From Chloroflexota bacterium (GTDB lineage: Bacteria; Chloroflexota; Dehalococcoidia; SM23-28-2; JACOUE01): a stretch of DNA of 64,000 nt. The notes beneath the pieces were generated by a model. The model ran no database searches and was not told where the DNA came from. It saw only the letters and a list, made by a program, of their open reading frames with translations. Below are positions 1 to 9,471 of this stretch, one piece after another (the stretch's first letter is position 1; every line of letters starts with the position of its first letter). Position numbers and translations under genes: made by a program. The stretch covers positions 147 through 64,146 of the forward strand of contig JACOUE010000034.1 in assembly GCA_016178045.1 (NCBI GenBank). The letters run 5' to 3'.

Positions 1-3000
1 TCGCCGTAGCGGTGGGCGTGGCCGTCTGTACGGTGACGCTGATCTTCTCCGATGGCACGCAGAGGGTGTCAGCGTCGAAGACGGTGAGGTCCTCGTCGCC
101 GAACTGGTTATGGGTGATGACGCCGGTGACGGCGAAGGGGATGATGGAGATGCGGTAGCAGACCAGGTGGTCTTCGGGGTTGAGGATAGGCGTGATGACG
201 CCGCCGGCGCTCTTGAGGGTGGGATTGCAGAAGAGGAAGGGCTCGAAGATCTGGACGCCGGGCTCGGTGTGGAACTGATCGATGAGGTCGACGATGCGAT
301 TAGCCGGATCCCCCGTGGCCCGGTAGCACTTGAAGTGGTCGAGGTTAGAGGGCGGCGGGTGAGGCTCCTTCTGGGTGGGTACAGCCAGGATGAACGGATC
401 AAAGGTGGTAATAGTCTGGAGGCCGAACTGGTTGTCGACGACGACGGAGCGGGTGGGGGCGGGCTCCGGGGGGGTGAGGATGTAGAGCTTGAGGTGGTTG
501 TTGGGGTGGGAGGGGGTGGTGATACCGGCGGCGTCCGTCTTCTTGACGGAGTTGCAGAACCGGATGGGCTCGTCAACGGTTCTGGCCTCGATGGTGCCGC
601 TCTGCGAATCGAACTGGTCTTCGAGGATCACGGGCACGCCGACGGGCACGGGGTTGGCGATCTGGTAGCACTTGAAGTGGTCCAGGGTAGGTACAACGAA
701 GTCTTCGACTTCGCCATACCTAGCCCAGCCAGTGAACTCATTCGCCTTTATGTTCATGTCGGGCCTGAACACTGGGTTCGGATCATTTGCCGATATGTCC
801 TCGCCGTAGTCCAGCCGGAAGCGAACCTGCTTGGGCGTCCCACCGGGCGCGGGAACCACAAAGCTGGAACTTATCGACACGCAGCGTTTAGGCGGGGGAA
901 AGACGGGAGCAGCTGCGGGGGCGGGAAGAACCGGGCGGAGGTTGACCGTTACATTGGGTCCCAGCTTTGGCGGGGGCGGCGGAGCCACCGGGGGAGAGAT
1001 GATGTCCTCCAGCAGAAGCTCGTCGCGCGTAAAGGCGCCAATGGGATCGAGCAAATCAAACCAGGCGTTGACGTAGATGGCGCGGTCCGGGTTACCACCC
1101 TGGTACCTGCCGCCATCGGCGTCTAGGATCTCGAGGTAGTCTGAACACACCTCGTAGTCGACCTGCACGTTTGCGCCGGGGGGCCATGCGGGCGGAGGGT
1201 CGAAGACGAAACTTCCGTTACCGGGTGCGCGGGGTTCGTCCGCGAAGTCCTGATCCGGGTTTGGAACGATATTGAGCAGAATGTCCTGGTCTGGACCAAT
1301 GTTAGCATCAACCTCGGGAGTGGCGTCGTCTCCGAAGAACTCGTTGCCGTAATCCCAGTGCAGGGCGCCCCCCTGTGACGCCACTGTATCGTATCCTGGC
1401 GGCGCATCACCCAAATCGCCGGTATACGGCCATCTCAGCCTGCCGTTGGATTTCACCTTGCCGAAGATGGTGCGGGGGTCAGTTGTCTTGACGACGTCGA
1501 CGCCCGAGAACGCCGGGGGTCCGACAGCGTCAGCGAGGATGTCGCTCTTGACGTCTAGGGCGGTCTTGGCCGGAAAGAGGGCAAAGGCAAGGGCGGCTAT
1601 GCCGGATACGTGAGGCGCGGCCATGGACGTTCCAGATAGAACGGCCGTCTTCCCAGCGAGATACAAAGAAAGTATGTTCTCCCCGGGGGCGGCCAGATCG
1701 ACGGAGACAGCACCATAGTTAGAGTCGGCCCAAAGAGTATCCCTGTTATTGGAGGCGGCGACACAGATGACGTTGGGGGTGCGCTCCGGCGAGTCACAGG
1801 GATACTCTCTGTTGGCGGCGAGGTCGAGGTCGCGTCCGGCGTTGCCGGCGATCTTGCTGAACAGGATGTCGCCGGCGTTCGTAAGACCATAGGCTGAGGC
1901 CAGGAGGTCGTTTTGGAGCATGGGCCAGCCCCAATAGCTCATGTTGATGACCCGCACGTTCTGTCCGAACACGAACTTTTGGATGACGGTGTACAGGGCC
2001 GAGAAGAAAACTCTGGAATCCAAGGTTCCAGGGTCGCCGATGCGCATGATCATCAGCCGGGCTGTCCAGCATATTCCGGCAATGTCTCTGCCGTTGTTGC
2101 CCTCGGCGCCGATGATGCCGGCAACATGGGTTCCATGTCCTCCACCCATAGCGTCCGGAAGTGTATCCTCAGGTCCGTCACCACCCGTGTCTCTGATTCC
2201 CAAGGGGATGAGGCTGAAGGCGGCCTGGGTGAAATCGAAGCCGTGGACATCATCGATGAAGAAGTTCCCGTCGTCGTCGATGCCGTTTCCGGCAACCTCG
2301 CCGGGGTTCGTCCAGAGGTTGTCGTCCAGGTCAGGATGATCGAGGTCGGCGCCTGTATCGAACACCGCCACCACGACGCCGCTACAATCTGTAAGAGGGA
2401 GGTCCCAAGCCTGCACGGCGTCAATATCCGCATCGATGGTGCCGATATTCCCCCCACGGCCAACGGTGTCCTTGGGGTCCTTCTGTCCGGCATTGAGCAG
2501 ACTCCACTGATTCCCGTCTAAGTCGTTGGGGTAGTGGTCGGAGCGGTGGTCGCCGGGAGAACCGGTGAAATTAGGCTCGGCGAATTCGACAATGTCAGGA
2601 TGATCTTGGAAGCAGGACGCCGTTTCGCGGACGCTTTTAGCCGGATCAGTGATCCCCAACCAGAAGACACTCCGTGCCAGTGAAGCGACTTCTGGGGGCA
2701 GGGAGCCCACGGCCTGAGGGGATCCTTCAGCGGCCTCTATCATTGAGGTGCTATCGAGTTTCCGCTCAGTCGCACACGCGGCAATCAGGTCATCAATCTC
2801 GCCCGAGGAGGCTTCGGGCCTAAACTTGACAGTTAGCTCGCTCGGGACGAACGGCGGCAGGGGCCACTCAGGGCAGTGGCTGATGGTGGCGTCGGGATTC
2901 TTATAGCAGAACTGCTCGGGGACGAAGCCCTGGCAGGGCTCGGGGAAGACCACCGGCGGCAGGCAGTTGACCTGGGGGTTCTGCATCAAGTCCTCGCGGG

Positions 3001-3901
3001 GCGTGAAGGTCTGTCCGCCGTCGAGGCTGAGCTCAGTGAATACGTCGAAGAAGGACTGGGCGGGGAAGAACTGGCCGCCGGTCTCCGGCGAGGTCACGGT
3101 TCCGGTGGAAGGCTGAGACGGGCTCTCGATGATTACGATGGGATCAACGCTCATGAGCTGCATGGCGACGATCTCGACGTCGATTCTGTCGGGGACGCCG
3201 CTGCTGTTGGTGTCCTGAGGGTCGCCGCGGAGAATGGCGACCGGCCCCGCCAGTTGCAGGCCGAGAGCGGTAGCGCTGGAGGGGAAGATGTCCAGGCCGG
3301 CGGGGGGCAGGGCGCCGCCGCTCTCGAACGGCGACAGCGGCGGCATGGCGCAGCCGGGGTCGATCTCGTCCACGACCCCGTCGAGGTCGTTGTCGCTTCC
3401 GTCGGCGCAGGTGTTGGGGATGGGGATGGAGGGGAACTGGGTGCTGGGCTGTACGGCCATGTGCTCCGGCGTGGAGGCGGGGTTGGACGGGTTGGAGCCC
3501 AGGGCCGACTCGATATCGTTGTACCAGCCGTCGCAGTCAGCATCGAGGGAGGGTGGGAAGCTGGGGCTGGCCGGACAGGGCGTGGGGGTGGGCGTGGTCG
3601 TCGGGGTAGGCGTGGCAGTGGGGACGGGCGTGGCGGTGGCGGTAGGAGTCGCGGTAGCCGTGGCGGTGGCGGTAGGAGTCGCGGTAGCCGTGGCCGTAGC
3701 TGTGGGTGTGGCGGTGGCCGTGGGCGTGGTTGTAGGCGAGGCAATGGCGGTAGGTGTCGCCGTGGGCGTAGCGGTGGCGGAGTCGATGGCGAGGAAGCCG
3801 CCGGGGCCGCCGGCCTGGGCCCACTGGGCGATGAGAAGCGCAGTGAAGGCCGCCGCGGCAGCGACCGGCAATAACCCCAGGGCGATGAGGCCTCTCTTCA
3901 C
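1..3901 (-). CDS. Secreted subtilisin-like (S8) serine peptidase; C-terminus runs off the window start (absent from the ORF track because it is edge-truncated)
   Basis: Hand translation of the minus strand from GTG 3901 (GGAGGAGG 8 nt upstream). VKRGLIALGLLPVAAAAAFTALL signal/anchor, T/P/A linker, then catalytic triad motifs VAVFDTGAD, GHGTHVAG, SGTSMAAPHVSG. The frame stays open to position 1. Confidence 0.9.
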   Translation of the reverse strand, partial: MKRGLIALGLLPVAAAAAFTALLIAQWAQAGGPGGFLAIDSATATPTATPTAIASPTTTPTATATPTATATATATPTATATATATPTATATPVPTATPTPTTTPTPTPCPASPSFPPSLDADCDGWYNDIESALGSNPSNPASTPEHMAVQPSTQFPSIPIPNTCADGSDNDLDGVVDEIDPGCAMPPLSPFESGGALPPAGLDIFPSSATALGLQLAGPVAILRGDPQDTNSSGVPDRIDVEIVAMQLMSVDPIVIIESPSQPSTGTVTSPETGGQFFPAQSFFDVFTELSLDGGQTFTPREDLMQNPQVNCLPPVVFPEPCQGFVPEQFCYKNPDATISHCPEWPLPPFVPSELTVKFRPEASSGEIDDLIAACATERKLDSTSMIEAAEGSPQAVGSLPPEVASLARSVFWLGITDPAKSVRETASCFQDHPDIVEFAEPNFTGSPGDHRSDHYPNDLDGNQWSLLNAGQKDPKDTVGRGGNIGTIDADIDAVQAWDLPLTDCSGVVVAVFDTGADLDHPDLDDNLWTNPGEVAGNGIDDDGNFFIDDVHGFDFTQAAFSLIPLGIRDTGGDGPEDTLPDAMGGGHGTHVAGIIGAEGNNGRDIAGICWTARLMIMRIGDPGTLDSRVFFSALYTVIQKFVFGQNVRVINMSYWGWPMLQNDLLASAYGLTNAGDILFSKIAGNAGRDLDLAANREYPCDSPERTPNVICVAASNNRDTLWADSNYGAVSVDLAAPGENILSLYLAGKTAVLSGTSMAAPHVSGIAALAFALFPAKTALDVKSDILADAVGPPAFSGVDVVKTTDPRTIFGKVKSNGRLRWPYTGDLGDAPPGYDTVASQGGALHWDYGNEFFGDDATPEVDANIGPDQDILLNIVPNPDQDFADEPRAPGNGSFVFDPPPAWPPGANVQVDYEVCSDYLEILDADGGRYQGGNPDRAIYVNAWFDLLDPIGAFTRDELLLEDIISPPVAPPPPPKLGPNVTVNLRPVLPAPAAAPVFPPPKRCVSISSSFVVPAPGGTPKQVRFRLDYGEDISANDPNPVFRPDMNIKANEFTGWARYGEVEDFVVPTLDHFKCYQIANPVPVGVPVILEDQFDSQSGTIEARTVDEPIRFCNSVKKTDAAGITTPSHPNNHLKLYILTPPEPAPTRSVVVDNQFGLQTITTFDPFILAVPTQKEPHPPPSNLDHFKCYRATGDPANRIVDLIDQFHTEPGVQIFEPFLFCNPTLKSAGGVITPILNPEDHLVCYRISIIPFAVTGVITHNQFGDEDLTVFDADTLCVPSEKISVTVQTATPTATA
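3581..3783 (-). repeat. Thr/Pro/Ala linker-coding low-complexity repeat inside the S8 gene, with a perfect 30-bp tandem duplication
   Basis: 3631-3660 and 3661-3690 are both tggcggtggcggtaggagtcgcggtagccg. Translated on the minus strand this gives [15 protein letters not shown]-type repeats. Confidence 0.9.
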
Positions 3902-4034
3902 AGAGGCCCACCTCCTCCGGCCTGCACTTGGGGGGGGGCGATTCACGAGGGACGCGGGGACATTCCCTCTGGGCTGGCTCCTGGAGACTCTGGCCGCACC
4001 CCTTCTTGCCGGCGACCCCCGTCAGGATGCAGCT

Positions 4035-4062
4035 ATTATAGTTGACTGCCAGAAGATGTCAA
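4035..4062 (-). promoter_or_regulatory. Sigma70-type promoter for the S8 peptidase gene
   Basis: Minus strand reads CTTGACAT-N16-TATAAT (-35 at 4062-4057, -10 at 4040-4035), about 130 nt upstream of GTG 3901. Confidence 0.5.
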
Positions 4063-4157
4063 GTAGTTTCGGCGCTTTAGAGTTAGTTTTTCGGAAAAAG
4101 CGCGGGAAACCTGGGCCCATGTCGCTGGCGCTGGCTTGTTCTGACTTGAGGAGGCGG

Positions 4158-4481
4158 TTAGCGGTAATCCTCGCGGGGTGGGGAAAAGACGTCGATGAAG
4201 ACGCTGCGCTCGAGGGCGGTGACCTCGTGGGGGACGCCGGAAGGGACGAGCCAGCAGTCGCCGGGGGAGAGGTCGCGCGTCTCTTCGCCGAGGCGGAAGC
4301 GGCCGCGGCCGGAGATGAGGTAGCCGGTCTGCTCGTGAGGGTGAGTGTGGAGGGGGACGACGGCGCCCCGGTCCATGGTCACCTCGATGAGCATGAGGCG
4401 CTCGCCATCGGTCATGGTGCGCCGAAAGACGCCGGGGAGCATCTCGACAGGGGTGGCGGCGTCGCGGGACGTGAGGGGCAT
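4158..4481 (-). CDS. Cupin domain protein
   Basis: 107 aa with cupin motifs (PLHTHPHEQTGYLISG ... PSGVPHEV). GGGGAGG SD 6 nt upstream of the ATG. Confidence 0.8.
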   Translation of the reverse strand: MPLTSRDAATPVEMLPGVFRRTMTDGERLMLIEVTMDRGAVVPLHTHPHEQTGYLISGRGRFRLGEETRDLSPGDCWLVPSGVPHEVTALERSVFIDVFSPPREDYR

Positions 4482-4493
4482 GGCGTACCTCCC

Positions 4494-4829
4494 CTAGGAG
4501 CGAAGGTCGATATCAACGAAGGCGACGTTGCGGGGCACGGCGTCGTGGTCGTGGGGGGTGACGAGAACGCCGTGATTGCGCTTCTCCCCCTGGATCACCC
4601 AGTCGAGCTGGTAGAAGCGCTCGACGACGGAGGGGTCGTCGGCCTCGTAGACGGTGACCAGGAGCCCGTCGCCGTCCTTCGTCACCTCATCGGAGACGAA
4701 GGAGACGACGCGGCGGAAGCCTAAGGCCTTGAGGGCCTCGCGGCCAGCCTCGAACCCCTGCTTGAGCTGCCGGGCGAACTCTTCCCGCTTTCCGGGCAGG
4801 ATCCTGGCGACGTGGACGCAGGCGACCAT
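4494..4829 (-). CDS. Hypothetical small alpha/beta protein (function unknown)
   Basis: 111-aa ORF with GC3-rich codon usage. AAAGGATGG SD upstream of the ATG; packed tightly between the cupin gene and purE. Confidence 0.65.
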   Translation of the reverse strand: MVACVHVARILPGKREEFARQLKQGFEAGREALKALGFRRVVSFVSDEVTKDGDGLLVTVYEADDPSVVERFYQLDWVIQGEKRNHGVLVTPHDHDAVPRNVAFVDIDLRS

Positions 4830-4844
4830 GGTCGACCATCCTTT

Positions 4845-5297
4845 CTACGTGCCGGCCTGTTCCTCACGATAGTTTGCGAGGGCGTCTCGGACCGGCTCGT
4901 GCTTGAGGGCGAGGACGGCGGCGGCGTAGAGGGCGGCGTTGCGGGCGCCGTTGACGGCCATGCAGGCCACAGGGACGCCCGGAGGCATCTGGGCGATGGC
5001 GAGGAGGGAGTCCAGCCCGCCCATGCCCGACTTGCCGATGGGCACGCCGATGACGGGCAGGGCGGACCAGGCGGCGACGATGCCGGGCAGGTGGGCGGCC
5101 ATGCCGGCGGCGGCGATGATCACCTCGAAGCCGCGGGAGGGGGCGTCCAGGGCGAACTGGCGCACGCTGTCGGGCGTGCGGTGGGCGGAGATGACGTGGG
5201 TCTCGTGGGAGATGCCCAGCCGCTCGAGGGTGTTGGAGCACTCCTCCATGACGTCCAGGTCAGACTTGGAGCCGAGGATGATGGCGACGAGGGGCAC
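4845..5297 (-). CDS. purE: N5-carboxyaminoimidazole ribonucleotide mutase
   Basis: VAIILGSKSDLDVM ... ISAHRTP ... IIAAAGMAAHLPG ... PVIGVP: classic PurE blocks. GTG start. Confidence 0.95.
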   Translation of the reverse strand: MPLVAIILGSKSDLDVMEECSNTLERLGISHETHVISAHRTPDSVRQFALDAPSRGFEVIIAAAGMAAHLPGIVAAWSALPVIGVPIGKSGMGGLDSLLAIAQMPPGVPVACMAVNGARNAALYAAAVLALKHEPVRDALANYREEQAGT

Positions 5298-5303
5298 GTC
5301 ACC

Positions 5304-5331
5304 ATTCTAGCGGCCGAGAGCGGGCGGTCAA
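5304..5331 (-). promoter_or_regulatory. Sigma70-type promoter placing the purE start codon at the predicted transcription start (leaderless candidate)
   Basis: Minus strand: TTGACC-N16-TAGAAT, then 6 nt (ggtgac), then GTG 5297. Confidence 0.45.
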
Positions 5332-6212
5332 GGATGGTAGCTTACGGTGATTGAGGTGCCGTTGCTGTCGCCGTCGGGGTCGTGGTTGCCGGCACTGTTG
5401 TAGGAGTATCCGGCGAGGGTGACACTGGTCACGGTGAAGGTGACGGTGGCGGTCGGGCCGAGTTTGGGGGTCCTCACGGCGCAGGAGCCGGTGGCATCGG
5501 TAGTGCAGGTGCCGGCGCCGGAGTAGCCGCCGCTCCACTGGCCGTTGACCGTGGCGCCGGCAAGGGCGCCGTGGGACGAGTCGTGGGCGAAGGCTTTGAC
5601 GTGGACCCGGTTGCCGCGCCGGGAGCCGTCCAGGTCGCCGACGTGGAGCTTGGGCTTGGGCGCGGGTGTGGCGGTTGGGGTGGCCGCGGGCTTGGGGGAT
5701 GACGCCGGGTTAACGGGAGGCGGCGTGCGGGTGGGAAGGAGTGTCGGGGTGGGTTCGGCCGCGCTCTCCGTGGTCGGCGACTGAGGCGTCTTGGTCGGTT
5801 TCGGAGTTGGGTTCGCTGTCGGGCTGGAAACAGGGGCCGCGTCCGTATCGGACCTGTCGGAGTCGCTGGAGTCGTCGGCGTCGTCGGAGTCGGACGCGTG
5901 GGTGAGCTCGTCGCCTGAGGACCCGCCGGCAGAAGCGGCGAAGGAGTCTCGACCGGGGGGGAGAAGAGGGTTATCGTCCCCGCCATCAGACAGGGTCAGC
6001 TGGGCGACCACGCCGGCGAGCAAGAACAGGAGCCCAACGAGGGCCAGAGCGGCCTGCCGCCGCCTCTGCCCTCCGGAATCAGCCGTAGCGACTTCGGGCG
6101 GCTCCTGGGCAGGATCGGTTTCCGGGTTGACTGCTTCGGAAGCGCTGGCTTCCTCTTCGGGCTTTCGGGCCCGAGAGGAACGGCTGCTGCGGCGTCGCTG
6201 TGACTTAGGCAT
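5328..6212 (-). CDS. Membrane-anchored Pro/Thr-rich protein with a C-terminal beta-rich domain (unknown function)
   Basis: Start trimmed to ATG 6212 (MPKSQRRR). One TM (ALALVGLLFLLAGVVAQLTL), a P/T/S-rich spacer, and a conserved-looking C-terminal ~110 aa. Confidence 0.7.
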   Translation of the reverse strand: MPKSQRRRSSRSSRARKPEEEASASEAVNPETDPAQEPPEVATADSGGQRRRQAALALVGLLFLLAGVVAQLTLSDGGDDNPLLPPGRDSFAASAGGSSGDELTHASDSDDADDSSDSDRSDTDAAPVSSPTANPTPKPTKTPQSPTTESAAEPTPTLLPTRTPPPVNPASSPKPAATPTATPAPKPKLHVGDLDGSRRGNRVHVKAFAHDSSHGALAGATVNGQWSGGYSGAGTCTTDATGSCAVRTPKLGPTATVTFTVTSVTLAGYSYNSAGNHDPDGDSNGTSITVSYHP

Positions 6213-6328
6213 ATCTGTAGAGTCCTGATGCGAGAAGTAAAACTTCTCTTGCGTTAAAGACTCGATAAGGGCGACAGTGTTACAAATCACTCCCGCCCGT
6301 AACTCAAAACAACCGGCGGGGCCCGATG

Positions 6329-7603
6329 TTACTGAATAGCGTTTTGGGCGGGGGCGGCGATGTCGCGGCGGTAGTGACAGCGGCTGAAGTGGATGTGCTG
6401 GACGTTGCGGTAGGCCCTGGCGCGCGCATCGGCGAGAGTGGGGGCGGTGGCGACAACGGTGAGGACGCGGCCTCCCGCGGTGGCCACCGAACCGTCATCG
6501 GCGAGGGCGGTGCCGGCGTGGAAGACGAGGACGCCGGGCTCCACGGCGGCGAGGCCGGATATGGGGAAGCCTGTCTCGTAGTCGTCGGGGTAGCCGCCGG
6601 AGGCGAGGACGACGCCCACGCAGGCGTCGGTGGACCACTCGATGGCGACGTCCCCGAGGCGGTTGTTGGCGACGGCCCAGCAGATCTCGAGAAGGTCGGA
6701 CTTGAGGCGGGGGAGGATCACTTGGGCCTCCGGGTCGCCGAAGCGGCAGTTGAACTCGAGGGCGCGGGGGCCGGCGTCGGTCACCATGAGGCCGGGGTAG
6801 AGGCAGCCGCGGAAAGGCGCGCCTTCCTGGAAGAGGGCCTGGACGGTGGCCTCCGTGATGTGCTGGTGGATGAAGCGCTCGGTGGGCTCGTCCAGCCAGG
6901 CCGGAGGGCTGTAGGCGCCCATACCGCCGGTGTTGGGGCCCTGGTCGCCGTCGCGGGCGCGCTTGTAGTCGCAGGCGAAGGGCATGGGGGCGACGGCGAC
7001 GCCGTCGGTGAAGGCGTGGGCGGACACCTCGCGGCCGGCCAGCTTTTCCTCGATCACCACGGTGCGGCCGGCGGCGCCCAGGGCCTCGTCCGCCATGAGC
7101 GTGTCGACGGCGCGGAGGGCCTCGTCGCGCGTGTCGCAGACGATGGCGCCCTTGCCCGCGGCCAGGCCGTCCGCCTTGACCACGGGGGCGTCGGCCAGAC
7201 CGAGGACGTAGTTGCGGGCGTCGAGGCGGGACATGAACGTGGCGAAGGCGGCGGTGGGGATGTTGTGCCGCCGTATGAGGTCCTTGGCGAAGGCCTTGGA
7301 CGACTCGATGCGGGCGGCGGCCTGGGCCGGCCCGAAGGCGGCGATGCCCTGCACGGCAAGGCGGTCCACAAGGCCGTCGGCCAGGGGCTGCTCCGGCCCG
7401 ACGATGACGAGGTCGACGCGGTGGTCGCGGGCGGTGCGGCAGACGCCGTCGAGGTCGGCGGCCTTGAGGTCGAGGTTGGCGGCGATGGCGGCGGTGCCGG
7501 CGTTGCCGGGGGCGACGAAGAGGCCGGTGAGCTTGGGGGACTGACGCAGCTTCCAGGCGAGGGCGTGCTCGCGGGCCCCGGAACCGACGAGGAGTACGTT
7601 CAT
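6329..7603 (-). CDS. purD: Phosphoribosylamine--glycine ligase
   Basis: MNVLLVGSGAREHALAWKL ... ATP-grasp blocks (GLAAGKG, EEKLAGREVS, FNCRFGDPE). Confidence 0.95.
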   Translation of the reverse strand: MNVLLVGSGAREHALAWKLRQSPKLTGLFVAPGNAGTAAIAANLDLKAADLDGVCRTARDHRVDLVIVGPEQPLADGLVDRLAVQGIAAFGPAQAAARIESSKAFAKDLIRRHNIPTAAFATFMSRLDARNYVLGLADAPVVKADGLAAGKGAIVCDTRDEALRAVDTLMADEALGAAGRTVVIEEKLAGREVSAHAFTDGVAVAPMPFACDYKRARDGDQGPNTGGMGAYSPPAWLDEPTERFIHQHITEATVQALFQEGAPFRGCLYPGLMVTDAGPRALEFNCRFGDPEAQVILPRLKSDLLEICWAVANNRLGDVAIEWSTDACVGVVLASGGYPDDYETGFPISGLAAVEPGVLVFHAGTALADDGSVATAGGRVLTVVATAPTLADARARAYRNVQHIHFSRCHYRRDIAAPAQNAIQ

Positions 7604-7706
7604 CAGTGGATCGCTCGGCGGGGCCGCCCCGTCGCGGCTACCTCCGCCGAACCGATTTTATACGTTGTATGGGGCCCAGTCATCCGGTCGGGGGCGGGAC
7701 CGTCGG

Positions 7707-9422
7707 CTATGCCTTGTCCAGCCAAATGTCCCAGGTGAAGATGCTGGGCAGGCCACTGGATGGATCAAAAGCGGTGGGGCTCGCGCCCTTGACGTAATCT
7801 CGTAGGGCCGAGTACGCGTACCCGCCCGTAAGAGTGATCTGGGGGCCGTGCTCCCTGATGATCTTGCGCTGAGCGTCCAGGATCAACTGCCGCCGCGCCT
7901 GCTCATCGAACTCGCGCTGCTGCCTATCGATCAACTCATCCACTTCCAGGCTGAAGCCGGCCTGATGGGAAGCGGCAAAGGTCCTGTTGAGGCCGGTCGC
8001 GTTGCCCTGGCCGGTGACGCCGTTCGTGTGGTAGAAGCTCAAAGGCCGGTCGGGCTCCGCGTACGGCAGTTGAGGGAAGAAGGCTATGTCGAAGTTGCCC
8101 GGCAGGAGCACGGTGGTCAGGAAGGCCCCCAGTTCGACGGTTCTCAACTCGACGTTTATGTTGGCAGCCGCAAGTTGCTGCTGAATCACGTTGGCCGTGT
8201 CTGCGACGACGGCCGGGCCGGGCACCAGGGGCAGCTGGAGGGTGAGGTTGAGCTGGCCGTAGCCCGCTTCTTTGAGCAGCGACTTGGCCCGTCCCGTATC
8301 GTGCGGCATGAGCTGACGCAACTCCTCCTGTGGGAGCGAAAACCTCTCCTGCCCCCACTGGACAGGACCGTTGTACTTCCCCTCCCCGTCGTTGATGCGG
8401 GCGATCAACGCCTCCCTGTCGATGGCCAGGTCCAGCGCCTCGCGGACACGGATATCGCTAAAGGGGGGCTTGGAGACCTTAAGGAGGATGACCGGGTAGA
8501 ACAGGTCGGGATACTTGTTGACCACGACACCCTGGTCTTGCTGGAGGTCTTCCGCCGTTCGCTTGTCCAAGACCGAGCCATTGATATCGTGGGCGCCGGA
8601 CCGGAAGGCCGCCAGCAGAGACGAGTTGTCCTGGATGATGATCCAGTCGTGGCCATCAAGTAGAGGGCGGTCAGGGACGAAGAAGTCGGGGTGTTTCTTC
8701 AGAGCGATACGCTCGGAACCGACGAAGCTATCGATCATGAAGGGGCCGCTCCCGAAGTCCTTGTCGCTCAAGCCGCCCCCGGGGTACTGCTCGGCGATCT
8801 GTTTGGGTATGATCCCCCAGGTGGGGTTGCCCATCTCAAGCAGCGCGGGCACGAAGGGCCGCTTGATGACGAGCTTGAAGACGTTGCCGTTCACCTCCGT
8901 CTTCTCGATAAGGGAGGAGAAGCGCTTGTCGATGGCGGTGATAGCAGTGCTGCGGCGGATGAAACTTGCCTGGACGTCTTCAGCCGTCACTTCAAGCCCG
9001 GCGATAGGCTCGATAGGATGGTACTTGACGCCGGGCCGCAGGGTGAAGATGAACGTCAGGTGGTCGGGAGTTTCCAACTTGGTGGCAAGATTGTCGAACA
9101 CGATCTTTTCATGGCCTACACGGCCCGTGCGGGTGTAAAGCCGGCTGTATATCTGAGGCAGGATGTCCAGGCCGAAGATATCGATGTGAGGGTCGAGGCC
9201 GGTCACGGGGAAAGGCCTGCCTTCCCTGAGGACGCCGCCTGCGCTAGGGGCGCCGGCCGCTGGCGAGCCGCTGACCGGCTTCCTAGCGGTGGAGGGGGTT
9301 CCTGCCTTACATCCAAGCACGGCGGCTGCGGCCAGACCTCCCCCGGCGGCCGCGGCGCTGCCCAGCAGGCGACGCCGGGTGAGCTTCCTGAGCCAAAACG
9401 TGCTCCAGTAGTCAGATCCCAT
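7707..9422 (-). CDS. ABC transporter substrate-binding protein, family 5 (peptide/nickel/oligosaccharide type), Tat/lipoprotein signal
   Basis: Start trimmed to ATG 9422 (GGAGGGGAGGA SD). RRRLLGSAAAAGGGLAAAAVLGC signal; SBP_bac_5-like body. Confidence 0.85.
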   Translation of the reverse strand: MGSDYWSTFWLRKLTRRRLLGSAAAAGGGLAAAAVLGCKAGTPSTARKPVSGSPAAGAPSAGGVLREGRPFPVTGLDPHIDIFGLDILPQIYSRLYTRTGRVGHEKIVFDNLATKLETPDHLTFIFTLRPGVKYHPIEPIAGLEVTAEDVQASFIRRSTAITAIDKRFSSLIEKTEVNGNVFKLVIKRPFVPALLEMGNPTWGIIPKQIAEQYPGGGLSDKDFGSGPFMIDSFVGSERIALKKHPDFFVPDRPLLDGHDWIIIQDNSSLLAAFRSGAHDINGSVLDKRTAEDLQQDQGVVVNKYPDLFYPVILLKVSKPPFSDIRVREALDLAIDREALIARINDGEGKYNGPVQWGQERFSLPQEELRQLMPHDTGRAKSLLKEAGYGQLNLTLQLPLVPGPAVVADTANVIQQQLAAANINVELRTVELGAFLTTVLLPGNFDIAFFPQLPYAEPDRPLSFYHTNGVTGQGNATGLNRTFAASHQAGFSLEVDELIDRQQREFDEQARRQLILDAQRKIIREHGPQITLTGGYAYSALRDYVKGASPTAFDPSSGLPSIFTWDIWLDKA

Positions 9423-9471
9423 GGTCGATCCTCCCCTCCGCTGCGGCAGGCGGCCTGCGGCTATCGGGCTA

